DNA from: Patescibacteria group bacterium
GTDB lineage: Bacteria > Patescibacteriota > Minisyncoccia > Phycocordibacterales > BOKC01
Direction: 5' to 3'
Length of the DNA: 64,000 nt
Assembly (NCBI GenBank): GCA_038062955.1
Contig: JBBTWE010000001.1
Coordinates: forward strand, 554,271 to 618,270
The notes under the pieces are model-generated. The model was given only the letters and a program-made list of their open reading frames with translations. It was not told where the DNA came from and searched no databases. Shown here in pieces: positions 18,920-27,861 of this stretch; within the stretch, counting starts at the first letter, position 1; each line of letters opens with the position of its first letter. The position numbers and the translations under genes are program-made.

Positions 18920-19369
18920 TTATTTTACAGAACCTTGCGCTTTGATTAGTTTGGCTTTTGCCACTTCAGAAATTAAACATCCTTCCAGAGTGAATTTTTT
19001 AGTTATTTCTCCAGTTCCCAAAATTTTTACTTTTGGGAGTTTGCCGGCTTCTGCTTTAAGCAAACCTTTTTCTGCCAAAGTTTTAGGATTTATTACATCT
19101 CCAGATGAAAAAGCCTTTTCTAGATCAACCAAATTTATAACCTTTGGTTTAACTACCGCGTCATTGACGCTTTCCGCTCGATTTTTTCCATGCCCTCGTA
19201 ATTTTGGAATTCTTTTAATAACGTCCCTGATTTCAGGTCTGATTTTCCTTCCAGTTCTAGAGTTTTGGCCTTTAGTACCACGCCCAGAAGTCTTTCCACG
19301 CTTTCCTCCACGGCCAACTTTAATAGACCTTTTTCTTTTAAATTTAGATTTTATTTGATGAATTTGCAT
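18920..19369 (-). CDS. rplO: 50S ribosomal protein L15
   Basis: Gly/Arg-rich N-terminus typical of L15. Confidence 0.9.
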   Translation of the reverse strand: MQIHQIKSKFKRKRSIKVGRGGKRGKTSGRGTKGQNSRTGRKIRPEIRDVIKRIPKLRGHGKNRAESVNDAVVKPKVINLVDLEKAFSSGDVINPKTLAEKGLLKAEAGKLPKVKILGTGEITKKFTLEGCLISEVAKAKLIKAQGSVK

Positions 19370-19374
19370 AAAAT

Positions 19375-19953
19375 TTAGTTAGATTTTTTGGAAAAGCGGG
19401 AAAGAAGCTCCACCGTAGCCTTAGCGTTATTTAGTCGATTTTTGCTTCGAGAAAAAATCTTGGCGCTGATATTTTTAATACCGGCAAGTTCGATTACGTC
19501 TTTAACAGAACTTCCTGCCAAAACTCCCCTTCTGCCTGTTGGTCTTAGAAAGACATCTGAAGCGCAAAGTTTGCCTCTAACTTCGTATGGAATGGAAGAA
19601 TCTTTTGTGAGATTCAAGGAAACCATATTTTTTCTGGCATCTCTAAAAGCTTTTTCAATAGCAAGTGGCGTATCGGTAGCTTTACCCACACCCACACCCA
19701 CAGATCCTTTTCTGTTTCCAGCAACTAGAGACACGCTGAAACTAAAACGACGTCCTCCAGCAACCACACGGGCTACTCGTCTGATACTTATGATTTTTTG
19801 ATCAAATTCAGGTTTGGTTCGACTTTCTCTTCTTACAGATTTGCTAAATTTCTTCTGTGTTTTGTTGTCTTCGCCGCCAGCATTTCCACGACTAAAAGGC
19901 TGTTTAGCTACAGTTCCAGGCGCTTTAAATTCTTTTTTAATTTTTTCTTCCAT
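19375..19953 (-). CDS. rpsE: 30S ribosomal protein S5
   Basis: VVAGGRRFSF...VGVG motif. Followed directly by rplO with no rpmD between them. Confidence 0.9.
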   Translation of the reverse strand: MEEKIKKEFKAPGTVAKQPFSRGNAGGEDNKTQKKFSKSVRRESRTKPEFDQKIISIRRVARVVAGGRRFSFSVSLVAGNRKGSVGVGVGKATDTPLAIEKAFRDARKNMVSLNLTKDSSIPYEVRGKLCASDVFLRPTGRRGVLAGSSVKDVIELAGIKNISAKIFSRSKNRLNNAKATVELLSRFSKKSN

Positions 19954-19980
19954 TTTGATTTTTTATTTTTAGTCAGAAAT

Positions 19981-20012
19981 TTTATTCCGACATGATTTCT
20001 GTGGTGCAGAAA
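19981..20012. repeat. Palindromic module CCGACATGATTTCTGTGGTGCAGAAATCAG
   Basis: Same module at 39690-39720 and a variant at 7698-7728. Confidence 0.6.
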
Positions 20013-20360
20013 TCAGAACTCAAGTCCTCCGGCTCGTAGTGCTTCAGCCAAAGCTTTAACTTTACCAGTATATATAAATCCACCACGATCAAAAACAACT
20101 TTTTTGATACCTTTTTTAATCGCATCGCTCGCCAAAGTCTTTCCCATTAACTGCACTTTTTCCATCACAGAAGATCCTTTAAGTTCTTTGGTTGTACCAG
20201 CAGCTAAAGTTTTACCAACTTCATCATTGATGACTTGGGCTGACAAATATTTATTAGACCTGAAAACAGCCACGCGTGGACGTTCATTTGTACCAGAGAT
20301 TTTAGCTCTAATTTTTTTCTGGCTTCTTTTTCGAGGTGATGTATGTATTAATTTTGCCAT
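20013..20360 (-). CDS. rplR: 50S ribosomal protein L18
   Basis: Sequence and order. Confidence 0.9.
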   Translation of the reverse strand: MAKLIHTSPRKRSQKKIRAKISGTNERPRVAVFRSNKYLSAQVINDEVGKTLAAGTTKELKGSSVMEKVQLMGKTLASDAIKKGIKKVVFDRGGFIYTGKVKALAEALRAGGLEF

Positions 20361-20366
20361 GAAATT

Positions 20367-20900
20367 TTAAGTTGATTTTTTACCTTGCTTTCTACGTACG
20401 GTCTCACCAGAATATCTTATACCTTTACCCTTATATGGCTCTGGTTTTTTGATTTCTCTCACCTTTGCGGTAAATTGCCCAACTAATTCTTTATCAATCC
20501 CAGCAACAAGAATGGAATCTTTTTCAGTTTTTACTTTTAAGTCTTTTGGAACAATTAATTCAATTGGGTGCGAGAAACCAAGATTCATCACGAGCTTGTC
20601 CCCTCTCATCTCTGCCTTAAAACCAATTCCTTCTATAACTAATTTTTTCTCGTATGGTTTATTCACTCCCTCGATCATATTAGAGATATGAGAAGCGTAT
20701 GTTCCCCAAAGAGAAGCGGTGAAAGGATTGTTTTTGACTGGTTTTAAAGTGATTGTCTTATCCGTAATCGCAATATCAATGAGTGGCTTGAATTCTTTAG
20801 AAATTTCTCCCTTAGGACCTTTGATAGTCAAAACCCCCTCTTTCATTGAAGCGGTTGTGTTTGCAACTAAAGTTATTGGTTTTTTTCCTATTCTAGACAT
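20367..20900 (-). CDS. rplF: 50S ribosomal protein L6
   Basis: Sequence and order. Confidence 0.9.
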   Translation of the reverse strand: MSRIGKKPITLVANTTASMKEGVLTIKGPKGEISKEFKPLIDIAITDKTITLKPVKNNPFTASLWGTYASHISNMIEGVNKPYEKKLVIEGIGFKAEMRGDKLVMNLGFSHPIELIVPKDLKVKTEKDSILVAGIDKELVGQFTAKVREIKKPEPYKGKGIRYSGETVRRKQGKKST

Positions 20901-20923
20901 GATGATTTTTTACAGACAAACAT

Positions 20924-21316
20924 TTACCATATTTCAAACAATACTTCACCGCCCAAATTCAAAGATTTAGCTTCATTTCCAGTTAAAATTCCTTTGGAAG
21001 TTGAAAGTATTAGTTTTCCGAAACCATTCTTCACCGGCTTTATCTCTCTTGATTTAATATAAATTCTTCTTGAAAACTTTGAAACTCTTCTTACCCCCTT
21101 AACACGAGGCTTTTTGTCTGCATCAATTAAAAGCTCAACTTCGATAGTTTTATTTATTTTTTTGCCTCCCTTAGAAACATTTTTGAGAAAACCGTGATTC
21201 TTGAGCAAGGTGACCAAAGCCATCTTTATTTTTGAGTATGGAAAAGAAATAACACTACGGCCAGCGTCTCCGGCATTTTTTATTCTAACAATCATGTCTG
21301 CTATTGGATCGTTCAT
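20924..21316 (-). CDS. rpsH: 30S ribosomal protein S8
   Basis: MNDPIADMIVRIKNA... Confidence 0.9.
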   Translation of the reverse strand: MNDPIADMIVRIKNAGDAGRSVISFPYSKIKMALVTLLKNHGFLKNVSKGGKKINKTIEVELLIDADKKPRVKGVRRVSKFSRRIYIKSREIKPVKNGFGKLILSTSKGILTGNEAKSLNLGGEVLFEIW

Positions 21317-21366
21317 TTTTTTGAAAAGGCAGTATAGAGTTTGTTCTACTTACCTTCTTTTTTTAT

Positions 21367-21552
21367 TTACCAGCTCGATTTTTTAACTCCAGGTATCATC
21401 CCCTCATTTGCTAATTCACGGAAACAGATTCTGCAAAGACCGAAATCTCTCATAAATCCCCTTCTGCGGCCACACTTGAAGCAACGCCTAATAACCCTCG
21501 AAGGATATTTTGGTGTCTTTTTTGCTTTTGCAATCAGGGCCTTTGTTGCCAT
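21367..21552 (-). CDS. rpsZ: 30S ribosomal protein S14 type Z (zinc-binding)
   Basis: 61 aa [12 protein letters not shown]...[26 protein letters not shown] track extension to 21660 runs into a MITE and is rejected. Confidence 0.85.
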   Translation of the reverse strand: MATKALIAKAKKTPKYPSRVIRRCFKCGRRRGFMRDFGLCRICFRELANEGMIPGVKKSSW

Positions 21553-21562
21553 TTTGGGTGAT

Positions 21563-21682
21563 AAACTCCATATTTGGCCAATTTCTTTGCTAAAACCTCC
21601 GCTTCTCACTCGCCGTATCATTAAATACGTCTCGTTTCGATGCTCAGTTTTATCAAACAACTTGTCTCAAATCTGGAAGTTT
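21563..21682. mobile_element. MITE-like mosaic element (family with GAACTTTCAGATTYG termini)
   Basis: Terminal inverted repeats AAACTCCATATTTGGCC / CAAATCTGGAAGTTT. Internal ACGTATTTAATGATACG-type palindrome module. Confidence 0.5.
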
Positions 21683-21834
21683 ATAATTTATAAGAAAGTT
21701 TTATATGAAAAAAGCTTTTAGAAGCTAGGTAAGAAGCATATCAAAAGCCCGAAAGAAGTCAAGAATGAGGGAGGAGGAAAGTTATAATGTTAAAAGTCCC
21801 TTATAAATAAAAAATGAGCAGTGGAATGGTTACC

Positions 21835-22195
21835 ACCGCTCTCGGTCAGCTTGGGATGTCTCACCCTTTCGCTGGGGTAGCTTGCATACCCGTGGATTTC
21901 TCCACCTGTTGTTTTCCTAATCCCCTACAATAGCAAGAATAGGACGCTAATGAAACATTCCTCGGGGGAACAACAGCAATTCCACACGCGGTCTGCGTTT
22001 CTGTACCTACTGGTCTGGAGGTCTCCACGCATATAGTTTTACCGAGAAATGCCGCTTCCACTAACCCGCTCGGAGAGCCTTCTTTTGTTCGCCTAGAAGG
22101 AATCCGTAGGAAGCCCGGAGGCCAGATTTCAGGCGATGATGGTACTGATTGTTGCACCTCCTTTTAAAAGGTTCATCCATTCAGAGTATACCATA
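21835..22195 (-). ncRNA. Candidate structured RNA of unknown identity (GC-rich, no ORF)
   Basis: About 360 nt at about 50% GC inside an AT-rich operon. No plausible ORF on either strand. GNRA-closed hairpins on the minus strand (GTGGA-GAAA-TCCAC, CTGTTGTT...AACAACAG). Loose resemblance to RNase P P10-P12 segments but no P4/CR-I/CR-V, so not called RNase P. Confidence 0.3.
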
Positions 22196-22247
22196 ATAGA
22201 AATCGCCCTACTCAAAAGATATACATTGCGTGGCTAAAAACAAGAGG

Positions 22248-22796
22248 CTATTTAGCAATCTTCTTAAAAGGAAAACCAAGATAATCAAAGAATGATTTGG
22301 CTTCGTCTTTGTTGCGGGCAGTTGTAACAATTGTGATTGCAAGTCCAAAAACGTCTTTTAGATCTTCATCGGAAGTTTCCGGGAAAATAGTATGCTCTTT
22401 TATGCCGATAGTTAAATTACCAATCTCATCCAAAGATTTTGGTGAAAGTCCTCTAAAATCTTTTGATCGTGGCAAAGAAACATTTAATAATCGGTCCAAA
22501 AAATCAAACATTTTCGCTCCCCGAAGAGTTACTTGATATCCAACAACATCCCCTTCTCGAGACTTAAAGCTAGCAATAGAAATTTTAGCAGGACGTGGAG
22601 AAGGTTTTTGTCCTGTAATTTTTGCTAAACGGTCAGCAACCAGCTCAACTTTCTTTTTATCTTTGATAGAGCCAACACCAACGTTTAAAACCACTTTTAA
22701 AACTTTAGGAACCTGCATAGGATTTTTATATCCACTTATTCCTTTAAAATCCTTAAAAGATTTTTCTAATTTTTCTTTAACTAGTATTGTTGTCAT
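22248..22796 (-). CDS. rplE: 50S ribosomal protein L5
   Basis: Sequence. Confidence 0.9.
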   Translation of the reverse strand: MTTILVKEKLEKSFKDFKGISGYKNPMQVPKVLKVVLNVGVGSIKDKKKVELVADRLAKITGQKPSPRPAKISIASFKSREGDVVGYQVTLRGAKMFDFLDRLLNVSLPRSKDFRGLSPKSLDEIGNLTIGIKEHTIFPETSDEDLKDVFGLAITIVTTARNKDEAKSFFDYLGFPFKKIAK

Positions 22797-22823
22797 GATT
22801 TTAGATATTAGGTAGAACTCGGT

Positions 22824-23042
22824 CTATTTTTTCAGTTTAACATTGGAAACATGTATTGGCATGCTCTTATCGACTAATTGACCCTTTTCTCCGCTCTTCC
22901 GAGGTCTTTGGTGGAATTTATTTATATTTAAACCAGAAACAATAAGCTTATCCGCTTTTGGAAAAACTTTTGTAACTTGCCCGGTTTTACTTTTATCTTT
23001 ACCGGCAATTATTGTAACTTCGTCTCCTTTTTTTATTTTCAT
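22824..23042 (-). CDS. rplX: 50S ribosomal protein L24
   Basis: MKIKKGDEVTIIAGKDK... Start trimmed from the track ORF (23144) to 23042. Confidence 0.85.
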   Translation of the reverse strand: MKIKKGDEVTIIAGKDKSKTGQVTKVFPKADKLIVSGLNINKFHQRPRKSGEKGQLVDKSMPIHVSNVKLKK

Positions 23043-23046
23043 AATT

Positions 23047-23418
23047 TTATACAACCTCTGGCGCCAGGGAAATAATCTTTTGGAACCCTCGCTCTGCCAA
23101 CTCTCTAGGTATTGGTCCGAACACACGTCCAGCCAAAGGCTCATCTTTATCTTTTTCCAGAATCACTACGGCATTATCATCAAAACGAATATAAGAACCA
23201 TCTTCTCTTCTGAATGGGGCTTTTTGTCTTACAACCACTGCTCGCAAAACATCCTTTTTCTTTACTCTTTTTCGAGGTTCAGCTTTTTGAACGGATAACA
23301 CCAAAATATCACCGATACGAGCATATCGTCTCATAGATCCTCCAAGCACCTTGAAAACTCTACCGATTTTGGCACCGGAATTATCTGCAATATTCACAAT
23401 GGATCTAGGTTGTAACAT
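23047..23418 (-). CDS. rplN: 50S ribosomal protein L14
   Basis: MLQPRSIVNIADNSGAK... Confidence 0.9.
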   Translation of the reverse strand: MLQPRSIVNIADNSGAKIGRVFKVLGGSMRRYARIGDILVLSVQKAEPRKRVKKKDVLRAVVVRQKAPFRREDGSYIRFDDNAVVILEKDKDEPLAGRVFGPIPRELAERGFQKIISLAPEVV

Positions 23419-23424
23419 ATTTTT

Positions 23425-23676
23425 TTAAGCTACTACTTTGAAATGCTTGTCTTTTGATAATGGGCGACATTCTTCGATTGTAACTTGAGCGCCTATTTTA
23501 TGGAGATTTCCAGCATCATGAGCCTTATACCTTTTTTTCTCTTTTATATACTTACCATATTTTCCATGTTTAACAAACCTTTGCACAGCAACTACCACAG
23601 TGTCTTTCATTTTGTCTGACACGACAATTCCTTTGAGTTTTTTTGGTCTGCTAATGTTTTTATTTGTAGATTCCAT
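23425..23676 (-). CDS. rpsQ: 30S ribosomal protein S17
   Basis: Sequence and order. Confidence 0.9.
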   Translation of the reverse strand: MESTNKNISRPKKLKGIVVSDKMKDTVVVAVQRFVKHGKYGKYIKEKKRYKAHDAGNLHKIGAQVTIEECRPLSKDKHFKVVA

Positions 23677-23723
23677 ATTTTTTCTTAACTATTTGTTTTT
23701 ATTTTTTCTTCCTTTTCTAAATC

Positions 23724-23743
23724 CCTGCCTGCCGGCAGGCAGG
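23724..23743. repeat. Perfect 20-bp palindrome CCTGCCTGCCGGCAGGCAGG
   Basis: Identical palindrome inside MITE copies at about 46082 and about 51812. Confidence 0.7.
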
Positions 23744-23935
23744 TTAAATCTTTTGTGAGCTGTTTAAGGCTGTTAAAATTCTGGCAATTTCTTTCTTGAG
23801 TTTCTTTCCTTCTTTTACATCCCTGGTTTTGCTGCCCGAAATACCAAAATGGAAATTACGGATATTTTCCTTCTTTTCTTTGAAAAGATTAATCAATTCT
23901 GTCTTATTTTTGGTTTTAAAATCAGTCTTTTTCAT
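23744..23935 (-). CDS. rpmC: 50S ribosomal protein L29
   Basis: 63 aa, order L16-L29-S17. Confidence 0.85.
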   Translation of the reverse strand: MKKTDFKTKNKTELINLFKEKKENIRNFHFGISGSKTRDVKEGKKLKKEIARILTALNSSQKI

Positions 23936-24026
23936 AGATTTACGATTTACGATATAAGATTTATGATTTTCGGTTATAAATTCTATTTTTTCTGTCTTAC
24001 AAATCTGAAATCTTACATCTGATATC

Positions 24027-24446
24027 TTAAATGCGACTTATCACTTTGGTTTTAACCGGCAACTTCGCTCCAGCCGCAACAAGAGCTGCTATCGCGGTCT
24101 TACTATCCACTCCGTCTACTTCAAACAAAACTCTTCCTGGCTTAACTGGGACACAATAGCCCTGTATATCGCCCTTACCCTTACCCATTTTTACTTCAGC
24201 AGGTTTTGAGGTAAAAGGCATATCAGGAAATACTCTGATCCATGATTTTCCGAACTTACCAACTTGTTTTGAAATGACTTTTCTTGCGGCTTCTAGTTGG
24301 TTTGAACGAAGTCTGCCTGGAGTGAGTGCTTTCAGCCCAAAAGATCCAAAAGAAACTCTTGTGCCTCTGGTAGCTAGGCCAACCTTATTCGGATTCTTCC
24401 TTAAGGTGTGCCATTTTCTGTATTTTACTTTTTTTGGGACTAACAT
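24027..24446 (-). CDS. rplP: 50S ribosomal protein L16
   Basis: MLVPKKVKYRK... Confidence 0.9.
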   Translation of the reverse strand: MLVPKKVKYRKWHTLRKNPNKVGLATRGTRVSFGSFGLKALTPGRLRSNQLEAARKVISKQVGKFGKSWIRVFPDMPFTSKPAEVKMGKGKGDIQGYCVPVKPGRVLFEVDGVDSKTAIAALVAAGAKLPVKTKVISRI

Positions 24447-24485
24447 GATAAAAATTTAAGATATACGATTTAAGATTTATGATTT

Positions 24486-25157
24486 CTACTCTCCTTGTTT
24501 TTTGGCAAAAATTTCTCCTTTATAAATCCAGACTTTTATGCCGATTTTTCCATAAGGCAACATCGCCTCAACGCGAGCAAAATCAATATCGGCTCTAAAA
24601 GTTTGAAGTGGGATTCTACCTACTTTACGGTGCTCAATTCTCGCCATAGTAGCTCCGCCCAATCTGCCGGCGAGAAGGATTTTTACTCCCAAGACATTTC
24701 TATTAGCAACAACTTTGCTAATGATTTGCTTCATAACTCTTCTAAACGGCATTCTTTTTTCCAATCCTTCAGCCACCATTTGGCCAACAATTGCGGCATT
24801 GGATTCAGGAGCCTTCACTTCTCTAATATCAATCTTAACTTCCTGTTTTATTTCAGTGCCAGAAAGACGCTTTAATTCTTTTAAAAGTTCGTCCTTAAGC
24901 TTTGTGGCACCTTCACCATTTCGGCCAATAATAACGCCCGGTCTTGAGGTGTCGATAATTATTTTTAAAGCTTTTTGACCACGTTCGATAGAAACCAAAC
25001 TTATAAAAAATCCTTTTAGTCTTTTATTTAAAAATGCTCTAATAAGCAAATCTTCTTTGAGAAGTTCTTTGTATTTCGGTTTAACGCTAAACCAACGAGA
25101 TTTCCAGTCTCTGATTATTCCTAGTCTATGGGAGTATGGGTGTACTGTATGTGACAT
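24486..25157 (-). CDS. rpsC: 30S ribosomal protein S3
   Basis: KH domain and S3 C-terminus. Confidence 0.9.
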   Translation of the reverse strand: MSHTVHPYSHRLGIIRDWKSRWFSVKPKYKELLKEDLLIRAFLNKRLKGFFISLVSIERGQKALKIIIDTSRPGVIIGRNGEGATKLKDELLKELKRLSGTEIKQEVKIDIREVKAPESNAAIVGQMVAEGLEKRMPFRRVMKQIISKVVANRNVLGVKILLAGRLGGATMARIEHRKVGRIPLQTFRADIDFARVEAMLPYGKIGIKVWIYKGEIFAKKQGE

Positions 25158-25177
25158 TTTAATTTAAGATATAAGAT

Positions 25178-25552
25178 TTAAGATTTTATTGGTTTCTTGT
25201 TTTTTATTGAAACTGTTTTTTCTCCGAGTACCAAGATTACCTTACTTGTTCTCTTTCTTATCGGCACCACTCGGCCCCTTGCTCTAAAACGTCTTCGATA
25301 AAGAATGGCTCCCCCATCAACAGATAATCTCTTTATGTAAAGCGTGTCGGCGGTAACATTCTGGCTCTTGGCGTTAGCTAAAGCTGATTTAATCAGTTTG
25401 GTAAGCGGCGCAGAAGATTTTTTTGGAAGCAAACTTAATTCAACCAAAGCACGTTCAGCATTCTTGCCTTTAAGCAAACTTGCAACCAATCTCATCTTTC
25501 GTGGAGATTGTCTGAAGTCATTCAATTTTGCTGTGATTGTTTTTTGTTCCAT
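25178..25552 (-). CDS. rplV: 50S ribosomal protein L22
   Basis: Sequence and order. Confidence 0.9.
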   Translation of the reverse strand: MEQKTITAKLNDFRQSPRKMRLVASLLKGKNAERALVELSLLPKKSSAPLTKLIKSALANAKSQNVTADTLYIKRLSVDGGAILYRRRFRARGRVVPIRKRTSKVILVLGEKTVSIKNKKPIKS

Positions 25553-25560
25553 TGCCTTTT

Positions 25561-25920
25561 TTATTTAGGTTTAGCAGCAGCGTTCGGAGCGGCAACAGCG
25601 GCTTTAGCGCTTTGTGCTGCTGCGATCTCGGACTCTTTCTTCTTCTGCTCGAGTTCCTTCTGCATCTTTCCTCCATGTCTTAAGAATTTTCTGGTTGGAG
25701 AGAATTCGCCCAATCTGTGTCCCACCATGTCTTCGGTAACTCTCACTTCTACATGTTCTTTACCGTTATGCACACCAAAGAGATAACCCACCATTTCTGG
25801 CGCTATCTGGCTGCTACGAGCCCATGTTTTAACCATTCCGACTTCGTCTGGCTTCTTTCCAGAAATTTTCTTTAAAAGCCGTTCGTAGACGTATGGACCT
25901 TTTTTAAGTGATCGTACCAT
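25561..25920 (-). CDS. rpsS: 30S ribosomal protein S19 with Ala/Lys-rich C-terminal extension
   Basis: [13 protein letters not shown]... motif. About 25-aa low-complexity tail. Confidence 0.9.
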   Translation of the reverse strand: MVRSLKKGPYVYERLLKKISGKKPDEVGMVKTWARSSQIAPEMVGYLFGVHNGKEHVEVRVTEDMVGHRLGEFSPTRKFLRHGGKMQKELEQKKKESEIAAAQSAKAAVAAPNAAAKPK

Positions 25921-26005
25921 ATTGTTTAAAAAAAATTACGCTCAAAAGGCGTACTAAGATGTTAGCAGAACACAGCCGTTTGTCAAATTTCCCTGCTCTA
26001 AAGCA

Positions 26006-26491
26006 CTAATTGCAGTCCCGTGGCAGAACTGGCATTGGTTCACCTTCCTTACGAAGGGAAATATTGAGTCTTATTTCCGCACATTTTTCTTGTTGTTTTT
26101 GTTCTAAATCTATTCGCCCCTGCTCCATTTGAGCATTAAATTCTGAATAGGTTCTAGGCCTAGAATCAGGATTAAAAAACAGAATAGACAACCAAATACA
26201 GTAAGGAAATACGAATACGACTGTACCTAGTATTAGCAAAGTAGAGCGAAACACTTTATGGATGTCTTTTCTATAAAACCTGGAAATAATCACGAGAATT
26301 AGAGATAGACCTAATAAAACTAAAGCAGGAATTCCCAAAGCTAGTAATATTCCACCAAATGCAAAGGCATCGCAGTAGAATGCTGAATGGGTTTGAAAAC
26401 ATCTAAACCACCAATAACCTATTACAAGAATATTAAAAATACTTAGCAGTAAAAAAGTAATTCCCAATTTCAATAAAGATTTATTCCACAT
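26006..26491 (-). CDS. Hypothetical 4-TM membrane protein inserted between rplB and rpsS
   Basis: 161 aa, AT-rich like the host, good hydrophobic profile. A candidate internal promoter (TTGACA, 16 nt, TAACAT) lies between it and rpsS. Confidence 0.5.
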   Translation of the reverse strand: MWNKSLLKLGITFLLLSIFNILVIGYWWFRCFQTHSAFYCDAFAFGGILLALGIPALVLLGLSLILVIISRFYRKDIHKVFRSTLLILGTVVFVFPYCIWLSILFFNPDSRPRTYSEFNAQMEQGRIDLEQKQQEKCAEIRLNISLRKEGEPMPVLPRDCN

Positions 26492-26620
26492 AACTAAATT
26501 ATATCACGGAGTCAAGCATTTATTTTGTAGGGGGTTGCGAGCACGACTGGTGCGAGCACTTCAGTTATTTTTTCAGCAGAAAAAATAACGTACCCGGAAA
26601 AATAAAAGCTTGACGAAAAA

Positions 26621-27487
26621 CTACCCTTGTTGCATTCGCTTAGGTTTCCTTCTAGCCACAATCGATCTATTAGAATACTTCTTTGGAGTTCTGGTTTTTT
26701 GGCCAATACCGCTTGGTTTACCCCATTTGGTCTTAGCGCGGCGAAGTCCTCTACCCGATCTACCTTCTCCTCCTCCATAAGGATGATCTACTGGGTTCAT
26801 AGCAGAACCTCTAACCTTTGGTCGAATACCGAGCCATCTGCTTCTTCCAGCCTTTCCTAGATTTACCAAACGATTTTCTTCGTTACTTACTTCCCCAATC
26901 GATGCCCAAACTTTTTCACTCACTCTTCTGATTTCTCCTGATGGCATTTTCAAATCCGCATAGCCTCCGTCTTTGGCAACAAGTTCAGCAAAACAACCAG
27001 CAGATCTGATAAGTTTGGCTCCGTCTCCAGGTTTTAACTCAACATTATAAATAAAAGTTCCAACGGTAAGGCTCTTGAGAGGCAATCTATTACCAATTTT
27101 CATTGGAGCGTTTGCAGAAATCATAAATTGTTCGTCTCTTCCAAACTTTTGAGGAAGAAGCATATATCTTTTTTCTCCATCAGCAAAGACAGCAAGTCCG
27201 ATAAAACCAGTTCTGTTTGGATCGTATTCAACAGAAATAATTTTATAAGGAACTTCTTTTTTATCCAAAACAAAATCCACCATTCTAAAGCTTCTCTTGT
27301 GACCACCACCTTTGTGGCGAACGCTTATTTTACCATCGCTATTGCGGCCAACTCGGCGTTTAAAGCCAGAAACTAAAGATTTTGTGGGTTTGGTTCCAGT
27401 CAAAAGCTGACTGTAATTAATTCCAGTCATCCCCCTTCGGCTCTTGGTTGTTGGTTTATAAAATTTCATAGATTTAGACGGTTTCAA
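26621..27487 (-). CDS. rplB: 50S ribosomal protein L2
   Basis: Sequence. Confidence 0.9.
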   Translation of the reverse strand: MKPSKSMKFYKPTTKSRRGMTGINYSQLLTGTKPTKSLVSGFKRRVGRNSDGKISVRHKGGGHKRSFRMVDFVLDKKEVPYKIISVEYDPNRTGFIGLAVFADGEKRYMLLPQKFGRDEQFMISANAPMKIGNRLPLKSLTVGTFIYNVELKPGDGAKLIRSAGCFAELVAKDGGYADLKMPSGEIRRVSEKVWASIGEVSNEENRLVNLGKAGRSRWLGIRPKVRGSAMNPVDHPYGGGEGRSGRGLRRAKTKWGKPSGIGQKTRTPKKYSNRSIVARRKPKRMQQG

Positions 27488-27851
27488 TCTTGTCTCCTTC
27501 TTTTAAGTAAATATAAGCCTTCTTCACACCTTTTTTTACTCCTCTCTTGCCTCTTATTACAACATTCTTAGCAGGGTTTTTTACAATATTAACCTTAATC
27601 GGAATAATTTTATAAATCTTGGCAAAAGCCAGTCTTACTTCGTTTTTATTGGCCTTAGAATTTATCTCAAAAACATACACATTATTTCCTTGAAGATCTG
27701 TGGCTTTTTCCGTAACTCTTGGCTTTAAAATAATATCGGATGGTTCTTTACTTATTCTAGTAGACAAAACTGAAGTATCTTTTAAAACAGGAGAAATTTT
27801 CTCTGTTGCGACTTTCACTTTTTTTTCTTTTGTTTTTCCAAATAAAGCCAT
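27474..27851 (-). CDS. rplW: 50S ribosomal protein L23 (N-terminal extension)
   Basis: Sequence and order. Confidence 0.85.
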   Translation of the reverse strand: MALFGKTKEKKVKVATEKISPVLKDTSVLSTRISKEPSDIILKPRVTEKATDLQGNNVYVFEINSKANKNEVRLAFAKIYKIIPIKVNIVKNPAKNVVIRGKRGVKKGVKKAYIYLKEGDKIETV

Positions 27852-27861
27852 GTTTGTAGAT

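Noticed and set aside
21367-21660. 97-aa extended form of S14 (track ORF)
   Set aside because: The N-terminal extension is read from a MITE copy. The conserved S14 type Z begins at MATKAL (21552).
21835-22195. RNase P RNA assignment for the GC-rich element
   Set aside because: Could not locate the universally conserved P4 strands (AGGAAAGUCCGGGC / ACAGAANCCGGCUUA) in either orientation. Only weak similarity to P10-P12. Left as an unidentified structured RNA candidate.
26512-26778. 88-aa minus ORF overlapping the 3' end of rplB
   Set aside because: Overlaps a well-conserved L2 C-terminus in another frame and has no independent support.
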